Positions 28,950 to 43,190 of a stretch of DNA of 64,000 nucleotides are shown one piece after another. Numbering within the stretch: the first letter of the stretch is position 1; every line of letters begins with the position of its first letter. The DNA comes from Eledone cirrhosa (taxonomy: Eukaryota). The position numbers were made by a program, and so were the translations under genes. The stretch is from NCBI GenBank assembly GCA_964016885.1, contig OZ024743.1:41788001-41852000 (forward strand), written 5' to 3'. The notes below the pieces were generated by a model. It did not search any database, had not been told where the DNA came from, and saw only the letters and a list, made by a program, of their open reading frames with translations.

Positions 28950-28956
<7 letters not shown>
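26743..28956 (+). mobile_element. Non-autonomous PLE/retrozyme-like element flanked by ~205 bp HHR-bearing direct repeats
   Basis: Repeats lie at 26743-26949 and 28745-28956. Each has an HHR motif and AATAAA. The interior has no intact ORF and carries a truncated SINE at ~27603-27700. Confidence 0.75.
26839..26896 (+). ncRNA. Hammerhead-like motif, near-intact
   Basis: ATAC-CTGATGA-TATCACCGGATTCATATGGAACCCGGTCATT-GAA-ATGATCAT-A^GTAT. Stem III is an 8-nt palindrome. The closing pair of stem II is mismatched. The second copy has its core mutated to CTTATGC. Confidence 0.65.
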
Positions 28957-29010
<54 letters not shown>

Positions 29011-29121
29011 TATATACATATATATATATATATGCGAATTTCGGACCGTTAAGGTATGATTTCCATGGGTATATATATATAAATATACATATATTTTTTT
29101 TTTTTCAGCAGTATATATATA

Positions 29122-29186
<65 letters not shown>

Positions 29187-30059
29187 GGATATCTATTATA
29201 TGGAAAGGGGAGGTACGCATACACATTTGCACACACACATAGACACAGTCAAACTCACACTCATATCTTCTATTTTCACTTTCATCCATCCGCAAAAATG
29301 TAAATTGAATTCAATAGAGTTCGGTTGCCATTGAACACTTATTGCCAGTTATATATCCAGCATCTTCTCTATATTTAAGTAGTTTCTCTTATAATAACAT
29401 GGTTTGAAATGTGATGATCACTAAAGATGTTGGAGACAATATTCTAGCATACTCTAATGAAATTGCTTATCAATTCAATTCTTTTCCAATATCGATTAAT
29501 TCTCTCCCTTCTTTCTTCTCTAAGAATCCACCTGGTCGAGTAATGAATGAGGAAAACACAAAAACAACATAAATTTAATTCAGTTTTCAACTATACATGT
29601 TTAGCTAGCCTTCTTCGACGCTGTATTTCATAGATCCCTTTGTTGATGTTGAAGCAAAGAGCCAATAATCCTATCATGAATACAATGTAAAATAGTGTTT
29701 TCAAAACCAGAACGCCGTGGTCTACTAAGCGAGCCCACTAACGTATGATCGAATGATTATCGCTATAACCGCGTGCGTAATACATAGAATGCAAAATAGC
29801 ATCAATTCTATGTCTCCGAAAATTGTCAGGCCTAGACTCCAATCAATCTCCCATTTCCTCTCCCCATTCTTCCATGACAATAGAGCCCTTGCCTGTCCCA
29901 TTCTCTTCCGGTTTAAAAAAAAATATTTTCTGATGTTACATTCCATTCATAAATTAGTTAACATCAGTAAATACTGAATTTATATCATTGCGATCAAGTG
30001 AATTAAATGAAAGTAACTACATGGAAAAGTTTACATATATATTTTATTATATTACTGGG

Positions 30060-30890
30060 TCAAGTCAGTATACAGCGTTTATGCAGGAGTGTGGTGTGGG
30101 ATAAAGGTTGCTAAGTCAAAACCATTTAATATCGGTAACAGATTTCGTCAAGGGTACGTATTGTCACCTCTCTTGTTCATAATCATCCACACCATTGACA
30201 TCCACATCCCAGTTTGAAGTCGTGTTAAGACTCGTGGGTGTTGGATCAGTTGGCTAGAATTTGTAGTTGACATGGTAGTTCTTAACTCGTCGGGAGGGAA
30301 TCCCCGACATACATTTAATAAGTTTGTGGCCGAGCGCTGCTCGACAGGAATGACAATCAACCCTACGAAGATTAAGACACGCGTTCTGGTATTCCTGGAG
30401 CTTGTGCTATGATGTGCCTGCATCAGCAGATGAAGAGAGATAGGTGTAAAGACCAAACTCATTATATTCAATTATTTGTTCGTACCAACGCTTTCTATGT
30501 GAATAAATATTGTGTGATGATCGACAGAATATGATCGCAAATAATAGCGACCGGATTAGTGTTCTTTCAAAAATGTTAGAGTAGTATTACTCTTTAGAAT
30601 CGAACCAGGTAAACCCGCTACTTGTCCGAATCGAGAGATCAGATCTCCGATAATCTTGACATGTGACCAGAATGTCAAAGAAAAGCATAGATAGGCTTAA
30701 GGTCAAAACAAAACGGCAGGAGACCCAGGGTTAGACCTCGTGAAGGATGTTTGGATAACATTCATGTGCTCGGGTGGAGTCGTTTATCGATCCAGCCGGA
30801 TCGAAAGCAGATAGATACTTCTGACAGGCCCCGCAGTAAAGTGTGCTTTAGAATTCTGCCCGCAAGACCTTCCCAGTAAAAGAGGGCAAA
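30060..30890 (+). pseudogene. Decayed RTE-type LINE (RT to 3' end)
   Basis: FRQGYVLSPLLFII at ~30140 and GRRPRVRPREGCLDNIHVLGWSRL at ~30715. Confidence 0.7.
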
Positions 30891-31494
30891 GCAATATATC
30901 GAATGCGTATCATTTCACTCCATAAATAAATAATTATATGTATTTGATATATTGCTGTGTATTAGTGAATATCATATACATAGCACTGGAAATTATTGAA
31001 TACACTAGGATAAGCAAGGTAATAATAGATTAAACAACAATATATGCCAAGCTCCTGTGTACGTGCTTGCTTGTTTGTTTGTGTGTATGTGCGTTGGTGT
31101 TTGTGTATTTGTGTGTGTGTCTTTCGCATTTTTACTCATTTATTGGCATACTTTATGGAAAATGAAATGTTGAGCAAACAAGTAATATTAGAGTGTGGTG
31201 TCATTTCATTGGTAAAGACAAATAACATTAGCAAACAATACATACACACATACATACATAATATATGCATACATACATATATAAATCCTTACATACATAC
31301 ATAAATGTATATATACATAAATGCATACATACATAAATGCATACATATATAGAAACATACATGTGTAGCATGAATTTCTATGTATATATTAATATTTCAC
31401 TTTGCAAGAGATAGCATAGTTATATATAAATTTCGGATTGGCATTGTGTTATTACAAAGGGCTGCATCTGATAATTGGGGAAATCATTTTGATA

Positions 31495-31561
<67 letters not shown>

Positions 31562-32765
31562 GTCTTTATTCAGTAATATTTAGAATGTGTATATTACACT
31601 GTTATCCTTCTTTGAATTGAAATGGGTGTGTATATATGTGCTCTGTGTATGGAATATATGAAATATATAGTTTTACATATATGTGTTTCCTGTGCAAGTA
31701 CGATATTAAATAACGAATATTTATATCAATAATGATATGGAAAAATATATTTTTATATATATTGTTATTTTTAAATGCTGAATGTATATTTATTCAGTGT
31801 TATTCTCCATTAAGAAAATGCGAAACAACAAGATATTTAAATTTATTGTTAATACACTGATAGTACTATAGTGATAAACTGAACCGTATGTGCTGTATTG
31901 TTGTGAATTTTCAGAAGATTTGCTCCTCTTTTTATATGAATTATTTCTAAATAATCATCGACTGAACGTTGGATAGAAAAATCCATTCAACAGGATTGTT
32001 TTTCGTCAAGATATGTAGGAATTTTATTCTAAACCTAGACATACGAGTTAGCAATTTATTCACGGAGGCACAGCCATACAGCATATGTTACCGGATCATA
32101 TGCAGTTGCTGCTAGGCCTGTATAGAGCCACTCGGCTCACACATACACTCGCATAAGCACATACTTTCGCACACATAGAGAGAGACGCACTCACAACTAA
32201 ACACCCAAACACTTCAAGACACAAAATTGTATGCAGTGCAGGAAAATAATGCTCTTAGATAAACTGAACCAGTTCTGCCTGAAGATAAACAACAGCATTA
32301 ACTAGGATTTAGATTTTGTGCCACCCCTTTTAATCAAGTTATAATTATGTGTGAAGACGTGTATAAGCCATGACCCATGCGACTTCACATATTATGCTGG
32401 GGTGGGGGTTAAATCGACGTTTATATTTGATATAGTTGAGAGGAAGGGAGAGTGCTTTCGCTTTCCCTTCGTGCCCACGCACCTCGCTCCAAGGCCTCCT
32501 TCTCAGCTCATCACGTGGTTGAGACAGGTGGTCTTTAACAATGGAGATGCGACGAGCTGCCAAAACCCAGGTATTTTAGGATTAACCTTGACTCCAGCAA
32601 GAATGGCGGTATCAGAGCTCCTTCGGCCTGCCGATTCGATGTTTTTGACGGGGCTTCCTGGCTACTGTAGAGAACCAGGGTCAGCAAATACCCATCTATA
32701 CTTCCGAATAATCCCCTATTTGGCGTTTCCAAAAGACATATGACTACGACGTGGGATTTGGGTTT

Positions 32766-32807
<42 letters not shown>

Positions 32808-32915
32808 CATATATACGCTTCTATGTGTACGCATATATATATATATTCACACACACACATTGACACACGCATACTCACACACACACGCGCACACACACAC
32901 AAAGACCCCCCCCCC

Positions 32916-32997
<82 letters not shown>

Positions 32998-33000
32998 TAT

Positions 33001-33098
33001 ATTTGCGTGGACACATGGAGGCATCACATAATTATATTAATTATATATAGTAGCCGAAATTGAATTTGCCCCTAATCTATGTAAGATGCAACATAAAA
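33001..33098. repeat. Dispersed repeat, with an inverted copy at ~40682-40769
   Basis: ATTTGCGTGGACACAT.GAGGCATC.CATAATTATAT...TTGAATTTGCCCCTAATCTATGTAAGATGCAACATAAAA occurs on opposite strands. Confidence 0.85.
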
Positions 33099-33304
33099 TT
33101 AATTATTTGTCTCTATGTATATAATGAAAATATCGCATATAACACATGTGTAACAACTTGCTATACATTCGATGTAGACGCGCTAACATTTCCAAAATAG
33201 AGAGAACGCACAATGTATCGTTATTGGTACAACAATTTAGATATATTGTGCAAAAATACATACATAACATATAATCATTTAGAATAATGAAATATTATTT
33301 ACTT

Positions 33305-33496
33305 TATGGTGGATTGGCAGTATCAAAAGAGGGTCTGACGCCATGCTTTGCAGCGAAGAGTTACGGATTTTATGGTCAGAGTTCAAATCCCGCCGAGGTT
33401 AACTTTGCCTTTCATCCTTACGGAGTCGATAAAATAAAGTACCAGTAATACACTGGATTAATTGCTGGCATTGTGCCAAATGTAGAAACAATTATT
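33305..33496 (+). mobile_element. Major-family SINE, full length
   Basis: Head GGTGGATTGGCAGTATC, B-box, core and tail as in the other copies. Confidence 0.9.
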
Positions 33497-33785
33497 TTCT
33501 TTATATTAGAAATATACATATTTTACTGCATGCCAGATTCCCGCTGTTTCTGGCAACGAAGAAACGTAATAATTCCAACACGGAAGATATATATATATTG
33601 TAACAACTTAGGGAGTGATTTAATTGTAAAAGCTCCTTTATCGCACATTCTGCAATGTTCTCCACGAGGTGAATACAAATAAAACCAAAATAGACATTGA
33701 TGCCGTTGCAAACGAAAGAGGATTGTGAATTTAAAAAAAAAATCACTCCATAAACCAAACGTTGAATGTAATAGTAATATAAGTA

Positions 33786-34367
33786 ACTAGCAGTGGTACC
33801 CGGCGTTGAACGAGATAAAGTATTTTGGAAGGCAGGCCGCAAACAGACCTAATCGTGGAAAACTGCATGCCTGGACAATATGTAAAGAAAATAAACCGAA
33901 TACACTGATGGCTGGATAATCTTTAAGATGTTCCTCGATGAACCAGGAAAAAGACACGTGTTTACCTGATGCGGGCCCTAGAGGATAAAGGAAATGAATT
34001 TTTTTTATGTGCATTATATGCCTTGAAATTTCGGGGAAATCGGCTAGACGTAACGCATCAAAAAAGCCCTAAAAAGCTGAAATAAATGAAGTGTTTCACC
34101 TAGGCCATAAAAAAGTTTGTTTTTCTTTGCTCACAGTATGAAGAAGAAACTGAATAATACATAGTTACAATTTCAAGGAAATCGGTTTGACGTAACGCCT
34201 CAAAAAAACCCTAAAAAGCTGGAAAAAACGCAGTTTTTCCCCTAATACGGTCTCCAGGGAATCAAAAAGTTGAATTTTTTATGTGCATAACACTCCCTGC
34301 AATATAAGTAATACACATGTAAAGGTTGAAAAAGATCGGTTGGATACTTCTCTGGATTCACACGCAG

Positions 34368-34401
<34 letters not shown>

Positions 34402-34497
34402 ACACACACATATACACACACGCACACACACGCACACACACATACATACATTCATACATTCATCCTTCCTCAGTTTTATATACATACATATATAGAT
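33786..34497 (+). mobile_element. Non-autonomous Helentron/Helitron-type element (HINE/DINE-1-like)
   Basis: One end reads ACTAGC...CCCGGCGTTGAACGAG. Internal subrepeats lie at ~34035-34100 and ~34177-34243. A (CA)n tract precedes the other end, TTTTATAT...TATAGAT. Confidence 0.6.
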
Positions 34498-37490
34498 TAA
34501 AATAACAGATTAAAGTTTAAGCAAAGAATCGTTGCTTTCATCATTAACGGGATGTTCTGAAGCTAAAAACATCAATCTGTTAACGCAGAATAAATATTTC
34601 GAAAAACGTTGTAACCGAAGGAAAACAGGAAGACGATACTTTGTTTCGTAAAGACGTTCCCTGGCAATGAACGGAAAATAGCGAACATAATACGTCATCA
34701 ATGTTCTTCAGAATGTCCCAATCCAGACAGCCAGGCATACAGACAGATATTATAAGAGCACGAGGGAGATGGATAACGGGTGCCTAACAACCCTTTAACA
34801 ACAGAAAATTGAAAAATAAAAGCTGCAGTTAATATCTTTAGACCGCAAGGAATATATAAATGCAAGTTTGAAGTCAATCGGAGTAGAAATGTGGATGTGT
34901 ATAGACTTTGCAAAAATGAAAACCCACACACACAGACAGCACCAGTTTTATATATATATATAATTGTTTCTACTTTTTGCACATCGCAGTAATAATAATA
35001 CTGAAGTGAATATAAACGCACAACATCTTGTAAAAATATCGAAACGGTACACTCACATACACAGATACATACATACACACACACACACATTAATATATAT
35101 ATATATGCATACATAAATGCATACATATATGCATGCACACACGCGCGCACACATACACGCACACTTATATATATTTAAATAAATATATATATATATATAT
35201 ATTAATTATTATTATTATTATTATTACTATATATATATGTATATATATATCCTCCACACACACATATATATATATGTATATGTATTTGTGTTAGGCTACC
35301 ATCACATAGAAAATATAAATAAATACCTTAAATATGCTTAGCGTTTTTTTTTCTGTGTCTGTTACTGGAAAAACTAGATTGAGAACTCTACAGCTTAAAC
35401 ATCAATGAATAAATGGAGTTATCTATATCAAAAGATCGGCAAATGATGAACGATGTTCCTGATCTGAGTATGAAAACCTCATGTTTTTATGTTTGACTCA
35501 CATGTCAAGAAAAAGTCACGCAATTTGAACTGCCTTTCTCAAAGAGGCCAATCCTACTAAAGCACTACAACCCTGATTGACTATACAATCATACAATTTT
35601 GCATTAATATTGCTCTTTGAAACGTTACATTTTAAGGAATAAATACATTGCGGTATTGTTTTAAATAAACAAATAGTTTTGTTTTATTTTGATATCTTTA
35701 TGTCTATGACTGATTTTATAGAAAATGTTTCTATAGTTCTGTTTACATATCTATGACTAGACTTTTTCCCTAACATAAACAGTTTTACATACTTCTGTAA
35801 TAGAAACATAACTTCTCGCTTTATTTGGAATACATTTACTCTAACACGCTGTGCCTTTTTAGTCTGAAAATCAATTCAACACGGATACTTCTATATGCAC
35901 ATCCGATTTGCTAGAAATTGTAGGCTAAAGATCCTTAAATCCACACTGTAAAATGTTAACTATATTGTAACAAATAGATTTCCAAAAATAGAGATTGCCA
36001 AAGCCAGAGCACTGTCAATCATCGCCCATCTCGATTTGAGCAGCCATGGAGCTGATGAACACGAAAACAACCTTTCATACAAACATTGAAAAGGTCGCAT
36101 GCTGAAAGCGTGCAATTTGTGAGAGATGTGGACAAACTACCTTGCGATATATTTTCCGTCTCACTTTGATCTGAGTTCAATATTTACAGATAACAAATGC
36201 AACTATCTTTCGTTTCCGGTCTATATAATAGAGTACCCCTCCAAGTCAGTCGATTTGCGTAATTGTGTCGGACCGGTCGTTCAGCAGTATTAGTTCCGGC
36301 ACTTTGAATTGTGTCTTCATTTCCCGGTGTAAACCACTTGTAAGGTAGACATAATTCTTTTCCTGGTCTACACAGCGACCCGGATTATATTTGATATTAG
36401 TGGAGATAATTCGCATAAAGTCGTGTCCGGACTGAGACAAACAAACAGGCATCAAAAACTTTCGAATGTTTCATTGGCTCTACTTTTCACATAGGAGTAA
36501 ATGAAAGAAGGGATATGAAGCAATTGGATCTATTTTAGATAGAATCAATTTATATTGTGAGCTTTGTTGTTGTCCTATGAAATGAACAATTATTTAATAG
36601 CTTATCACCGCTATGTAACAAAATATGCTGGCTTGCGTTATTGTAAGGGTGTTACGTTCAAAGGCAAAACACTCGAGGGTTCGATTCTAAAGTCGAGTCC
36701 CTATTTATTCGGCTGAAAACGAGTACCAAATAACAGCTGGGTCGTTTGCTTTGCGACGAAATATTATTCGGTTCAGAGAGAAATCTTCTTTTCTCAGTCG
36801 CTCAACACCAAGGACACGGACATAAACCAATCCGATTATTTATAGAATTATGGATGTATAGCGAAATGTAAGCAGGCTTATATTAAATATGTGTAACAGG
36901 GGGATTATACGCCTGGTAAATTAGCTATTATGTTTAAAATGTTAATGGGCTTATTAAACAGAAGGTGGGTATCTAGGGGTGCTGGTGATGAGTTTAGTAG
37001 TTGTTCGATTAAAAGAAGTGTTTGCTCGTAAAACTAACCTGTAAGTGGTTTAGAATTCTGTAGTCACGTGTACATATATATTTTCTAGTTTTTGTTAAGG
37101 GAATAAATAACAATATGCTTGTTATGTAATATGGAGATAGGCAATATCAAGTGTGACAATATGGCGATAGGAAATATCAAGTGTGACGCATCTAGCATAA
37201 ATTGAAGAATGGGATTCTATCGCTTTGATGTATTAATGGTCACTCGTTCGTTTAATCAGATAACCTGTTTATGAAATTGATTTGTACGTGGCTGAGCATT
37301 CAAAATAAACGTGTAGCTTTAACGTAATTCTCACTGTAGATTTCAATTAGGGTTACAGAGGTAGGAAAGAAACCGATCATAGTATAACACGAAATATACA
37401 ACACAACAAAATATACTTAACCGAAACTAGCTCTGTATCCAAGGCTCAAGCTGATGAACCAATAGAAAGTAAAATTACAATCCATGAAAC

Positions 37491-37603
<113 letters not shown>

Positions 37604-37704
37604 TAGATATATGGTGGAGGTTGTAGTGGTGTTGGTCGTTGAAGCGGTGCATATATAGATAGATAGAGAGAAAGAGAGAAAGAGAGAGAGAGAGATAGAT
37701 AGAT

Positions 37705-38046
37705 AGAGAGAGAGGAAAGGTGAAGTTGGAAATAGCACGGAAAATATATTTTTCCTTTCTGTGATTCGTCAAGGATTACATTATTGAAAAGATTACATTA
37801 TTGAAGAGACAAGAGGGAAAATTCTTTCCAAAAAAAGTTTTATAATGTATATAAAGTATGTAAAGTATACTTTATATACTTTATATACATTATAAAAGTT
37901 ATTTTTAAAAGAATTGTCCCTCTCATTTTTTCAATAATGTCATCTTCTCAATAATGTCTCTTTGACGAATCAAAGAAAGAAAAAAAAAAGAAAATTAGAC
38001 ACTAAAATATATTTTCCATGCTATTTCCAACTTCACCTTTTCTCTA
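37705..38046. repeat. ~340 bp imperfect palindrome (foldback/MITE-like)
   Basis: AAAGGTGAAGTTGGAAATAGCACGGAAAATATATTTT pairs with AAAATATATTTTCCATGCTATTTCCAACTTCACCTTT. The axis is TAAAGTATACTTTA at ~37861-37874. Confidence 0.9.
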
Positions 38047-38080
38047 TATCCACTGTTTTGTATAGAACCTTACTTGCCTG

Positions 38081-38139
<59 letters not shown>

Positions 38140-38982
38140 TAAACATTGGTGTATCTCAAGAAATATGTTTATGTGTATGATGGTTCGTGTAGACGAAGGA
38201 GTGGCTCGTTATCCCTAGTTGTGTTACGTAAGTAGGGATTGAGGGGTTAACTAGTCACGTAGTGTGTAGGCTATATGCGAAGAAATAAAAACAAGTACGA
38301 AAAAGAATTAAGGAATTAAAAATTGAAATTAAAATCAAAATGTTAAAGGACTCGAGGGTGGAATTATGTCTAGAATTTGTATAAATTTACTACAATTACC
38401 ATGGGCTGGGTTAGTAAGATTAGTTAATGCTTCGGATGTAAATCCTTCACATGTCTGAGAAAGTCTACAGTAGTTTCAAAGTGTCCATATCACTCCAAAG
38501 GTTCATAATTAGCGCTATCTTCCTAATGAAATGCTAGTCCGCTATTGGTGGCTGATTACTTCTGTTTGCTCTGGGTGAACCTTCGTAGTCATGTTTCTTC
38601 GGTATTCCTGGTTGTGTTCGAACAATGTGCTGTCTAGTGTTCCGTCATTTTGTAGTGCCGCTTTTTCTTTGAGGAACCAATGTAGTCTGTCCCGCACACG
38701 CAGCTGAGTACACAAGCTACATGGTTAACGTTGTGCTGTTGTTGTTGTTGCTAGTAGCAGTATTACAGCTTTCTGTCCGGGCAACAGCGATTTCTTCCTT
38801 CTTCTGTGCAATTCGATGTAAACAAATTTATGTTTTTGTCATTGTTATTTCGCTTCCTTCTCAAACCTTAACTCATGTTCTGTAATACTTATGTGGCTTA
38901 GGCTAAGACCCGTGCGGAAGAAAAAAATAATATGGAAATAATGCGAAAATAACAATAATAATATGAAAAATGAAAAGAACTA

Positions 38983-39582
38983 AATGATTTATAAATAATT
39001 GTTTCTAATTTTAGCACAAGGCCAGCAATTACCCAGTACATTACTGGTACTTTATTTTATCGATCCCGCAAGGATGAACGGCAAAGTTAACCTCGACGGG
39101 ATTTGAACTCAGATCGTAAAGGGACGTAATTATCCTAGAAAGTATGGCATCCAACCCTATACCGATAATGATTTATAAATAATTGTTTCTACTTTTGGCA
39201 CAAAGCCAGCACTTATTCCAGTGTATTGCTGGTACTTTATTTTATCGACCCCGTAATGATGAATGGCAAATTAACCTCGGCGGGATTTGAACTCAATCCA
39301 TAAAGGGCCGTAACTCTTTGCGGCAAAGCATGGCGTCAAACCCTCTACCGATACTGCCAATCCACTAAATAATACTCTCTTATATAGGCACAAGGCCAGC
39401 AATTTTGGGGGAGGGAAAAGTCGATTAAATCAACCCCAGTGCGTGACTGGTACTTTATTTTATCGAGCCCGTAAGGATGAAAGGCAAAGTTAACCTCGGC
39501 GGGTTTTGAACTCAGTCCATAAAGGGCTGTAACTCTTTGCTGCAAACACGGCGTCAGGCCCTCTACCGATACTGCCAATCCT
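38983..39582 (-). mobile_element. Three tandem major-family SINEs
   Basis: Copies lie at ~38997-39166, ~39180-39366 and ~39385-39582. AATGATTTATAAATAATT is duplicated at ~38982 and ~39167. Confidence 0.9.
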
Positions 39583-40485
39583 ATAAATAATAAAGGTAAA
39601 AAAGGATCAATTTTGTAAAGAAAGCTTAATATTGTACCAATATCTGAATTCGATCATTAATACAATAAAATGTACTTAAATCAACTGAAATATAGAAAAG
39701 TCAACCAAACTAGTTTCCAAACTTACACTCTGGAATATACCAAAGCAGTTTAATATCTATGCATGATATTTCATAGGTTATAAGTGAATGTCACTTCATC
39801 GGCTAGAAACATACCCATATTTGTCTTTGTCATGCATTCGTATCTTTCAAAAAGTGTAACAACGCTGATTAACCTATGTGTACACCAATCGGTTGGGTTC
39901 GAGTGGAAGTGTGAGGAAGAGGCCAGCTGCAAGAGAGTGTGACTGGCAGAGGGGGTAAAAAGAAGGTGAAATATACAGAGAGAGGGGAAGCAGTAAGAAA
40001 GAAACAGATAATTGTTCGCACCAACCAGAGGTATATGATTTTTAAAGCGATGAAATACCAATGAAGGTTGTAAGATCACTGATGAGGGACTACTTTTTGT
40101 TTTCATATGTAACCCATGTGCAACCACGCAGCACTCCATTTTTTCTTATATATATATATATATATATATATATGGGATAATTTAGGTAATCCAGATATAT
40201 ATCGTTTTAGGTAATCCAGATATAGATTGCGAGTACTCTGTACTGTTGATAGTTTTAACGTGCGGCGTTGTTTGACTGAACAAGATGTTTCCTTAGATAG
40301 GTAGCGAGTTTGCGAGAATTCCCATGCAGGTCATTCTTGGAGTAATAGTAGTGAAAGAGTGAAGAATTGCATAGTCGGCTGTACAAAAATGGTTTTATTT
40401 ACAGTATTAACAATTGTTTCATTGATCAGGTGAGTCTAAATACCGCTAATCACTCGACGTTGAGTCACTCGATCTTATACATACA

Positions 40486-40539
<54 letters not shown>

Positions 40540-40764
40540 GTAGTGGATTAAATTCGACCATATCACAGCAATCTTCAAAATTTGGGCAACACCTGTCATT
40601 ATGATAGAACGGGCGGAAAATGAAAACTGCAACAAATAAAATATCAGTTTGTAACGTTAGGAGGTTACGTTGACAACATGTTTTTATGTTGCATCTTACA
40701 TAGATTAGGGGCAAATTCAATATGGCTACTATATATAATTATGAGATGCCTCTATGTGTCCACG

Positions 40765-40827
<63 letters not shown>

Positions 40828-40895
40828 ACGCAATAGATATATATGTGCACCTACGCACAGACACACACGCATACCCATACACACACACCTATATA

Positions 40896-40932
<37 letters not shown>

Positions 40933-40938
40933 CATATG

Positions 40939-40987
<49 letters not shown>

Positions 40988-40993
40988 CATATG

Positions 40994-41036
<43 letters not shown>

Positions 41037-41401
41037 GTATGTAAGTAAGTATATATATATATATATATATATGTGTGTGAGTGTGTAGATCATGTAAAGG
41101 ATCATGCCAGAATCAATATATTGCATTATCAAAAGGATATAATTCACTTAGTGCATGAAACATTTCTTTCACATCGGTTCAATCTCAGCCAATAGCACCA
41201 TTTATGTTCTATTGTCTTAACAGGTATTCGATTGTCGATACTGATTGAACTTCTAATATATTCTGGTTTGGGAGTGGTAACTGGATTTCATTCTATATCT
41301 CGTGATTCTGTGTTAAGTGTCCTTTATATTCACACAGACACAGACAAAGAGAGACAGAGAAGCGCTCATACACACATACTCACAAACATACATACACTCT
41401 C

Positions 41402-41474
<73 letters not shown>

Positions 41475-41498
41475 CACATACGCACACGCACGTACCCA

Positions 41499-41571
<73 letters not shown>

Positions 41572-41911
41572 ATATGTGTTTATTTATTTAGTAAGTTAAT
41601 CATTATTATTAAATGCTGTGAGGGCGGTGGATTGCATGGTAGTTAGAGAATTAAAGTGTATTTGTATTAGCACTTAACGTTCATTGTTCGTACAAAACGA
41701 TTCCATTTTGGCTTTCATTGTTAAGGTCAGATATATTGTTATTACACTACTTTGCTTTCATAGATGAAATTCTTCAAGTTCACATTTCCTTTAATCCGTT
41801 GTCGATAAAATAATGTACCAGTCAAATACTTGGTAGAATTTAATCAATATTCTTCCTTCTATCCAAATGTCAAGCCTTGTGACTTAATTAAAAGTCCCCT
41901 ATTCTTATCTC

Positions 41912-43086
41912 CATATATGATACTGACAATGTAACGAAAGAATGTCAATAAATTACCCTACTTGAAATCACCAGGCTCAGATGCTGTCCAATGAGGTTGA
42001 ATTAAGTATATAACATCACTACACCCGATATTGATAGCCATGTTCAATGACTGCCTGATGTCGTGTAAAGTTCCACGCTGGTTGACAATAGGTAACACGA
42101 TTCTAATATGAAAGACCAAGGTAAAGGAAGTTGTGTTACCAACTATAGGCCTATTCTGTCCTTGATGTGGTAATTGCTTATGATAATTATGTCTTAAATA
42201 ATCTAACACCACCTCGATATAAACAAGCTGTTGCCGGAGGAACATAGCGGATGCCGAAAGAATCCCGTGGTTCAAAAAACAAGTTATTATCGACCAATTA
42301 ATAAAAAGACATATATGTCTTGACATGGGATGGATAGATTACCAGATGTCTTTCGACATGGTTCCCCATTATTAGATAATCAAGTGCCTAGAATTCTTCA
42401 ATGTCGCGGACAACATCAGACGGCTATTAAGTAATAGCGTGAAGAACTGGGAAACAGTTATTATCGGGGGGGGGGGGTCCGCGTGAGGAAAGAAAATCAA
42501 GAGAGGTATCCGCAAGGAAGTAGGTGCTTTTATTGTTTGTCCTTACCCCCATATAATCCCCCGTATTGGGAAGAGTGGAAACGAGCCGGGAAGAGGAGAG
42601 CTAACGATCAATCCCGTCCTCTTCATAGGAGACCTAAAACTCTTTTGGAAGACGGAAGATCTGGATCTTCTTATTAATACTGATAGAATTTACACGTTAA
42701 ATATGTGTCTGGTCGTAACCAACTATTGATTAATGCTGTTTTGAATGAGGAGATAATAGACAGGAGGATGTTGAAGAAAGAAGTAACGACGAAGGAGAGC
42801 GCCATGAATGAAAAAGCCATTCATAGTACCTTCGTGAAGAAAACATAATTCGGATCATCACAGACATGTTAAAAAAAGAAGGCTTTAGAAAGTTATAGAT
42901 AGAATGATACTAGCTCTACAGAAGCAACCATTTAGAACGAAAGAGCTGAAATATCATATCACCAAGAAGGAAGCTAGCCAACTCAGTAGGGTCTGTGGAA
43001 AGAAAGAGAGAGAGAGGGGGGTGGGGGAAGCAAATATGACTCACATCGAAACCGAGTGTAAACACCTAGCCCAGACACATTATAAA
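41912..43086 (+). pseudogene. R4/Dong-like (RLE) LINE: RT and zinc-knuckle remnant
   Basis: KSPGSD, VPRWLTIGNT, NYRPI, LLPEEHSGCRK, WIDYQMSFDMVPH, and ILALQKQPFRTK...RVCGK...HIETECKHLAQTHYK. Confidence 0.8.
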
Positions 43087-43190
43087 GATGATTTGGAGCT
43101 CTTCAAAACCCTTACAATGCCCACTCCTATATTTTCCTGAATATATCTTACTCTATTTATGTATGTACGAAAACCTATGTTTCTTAAACG

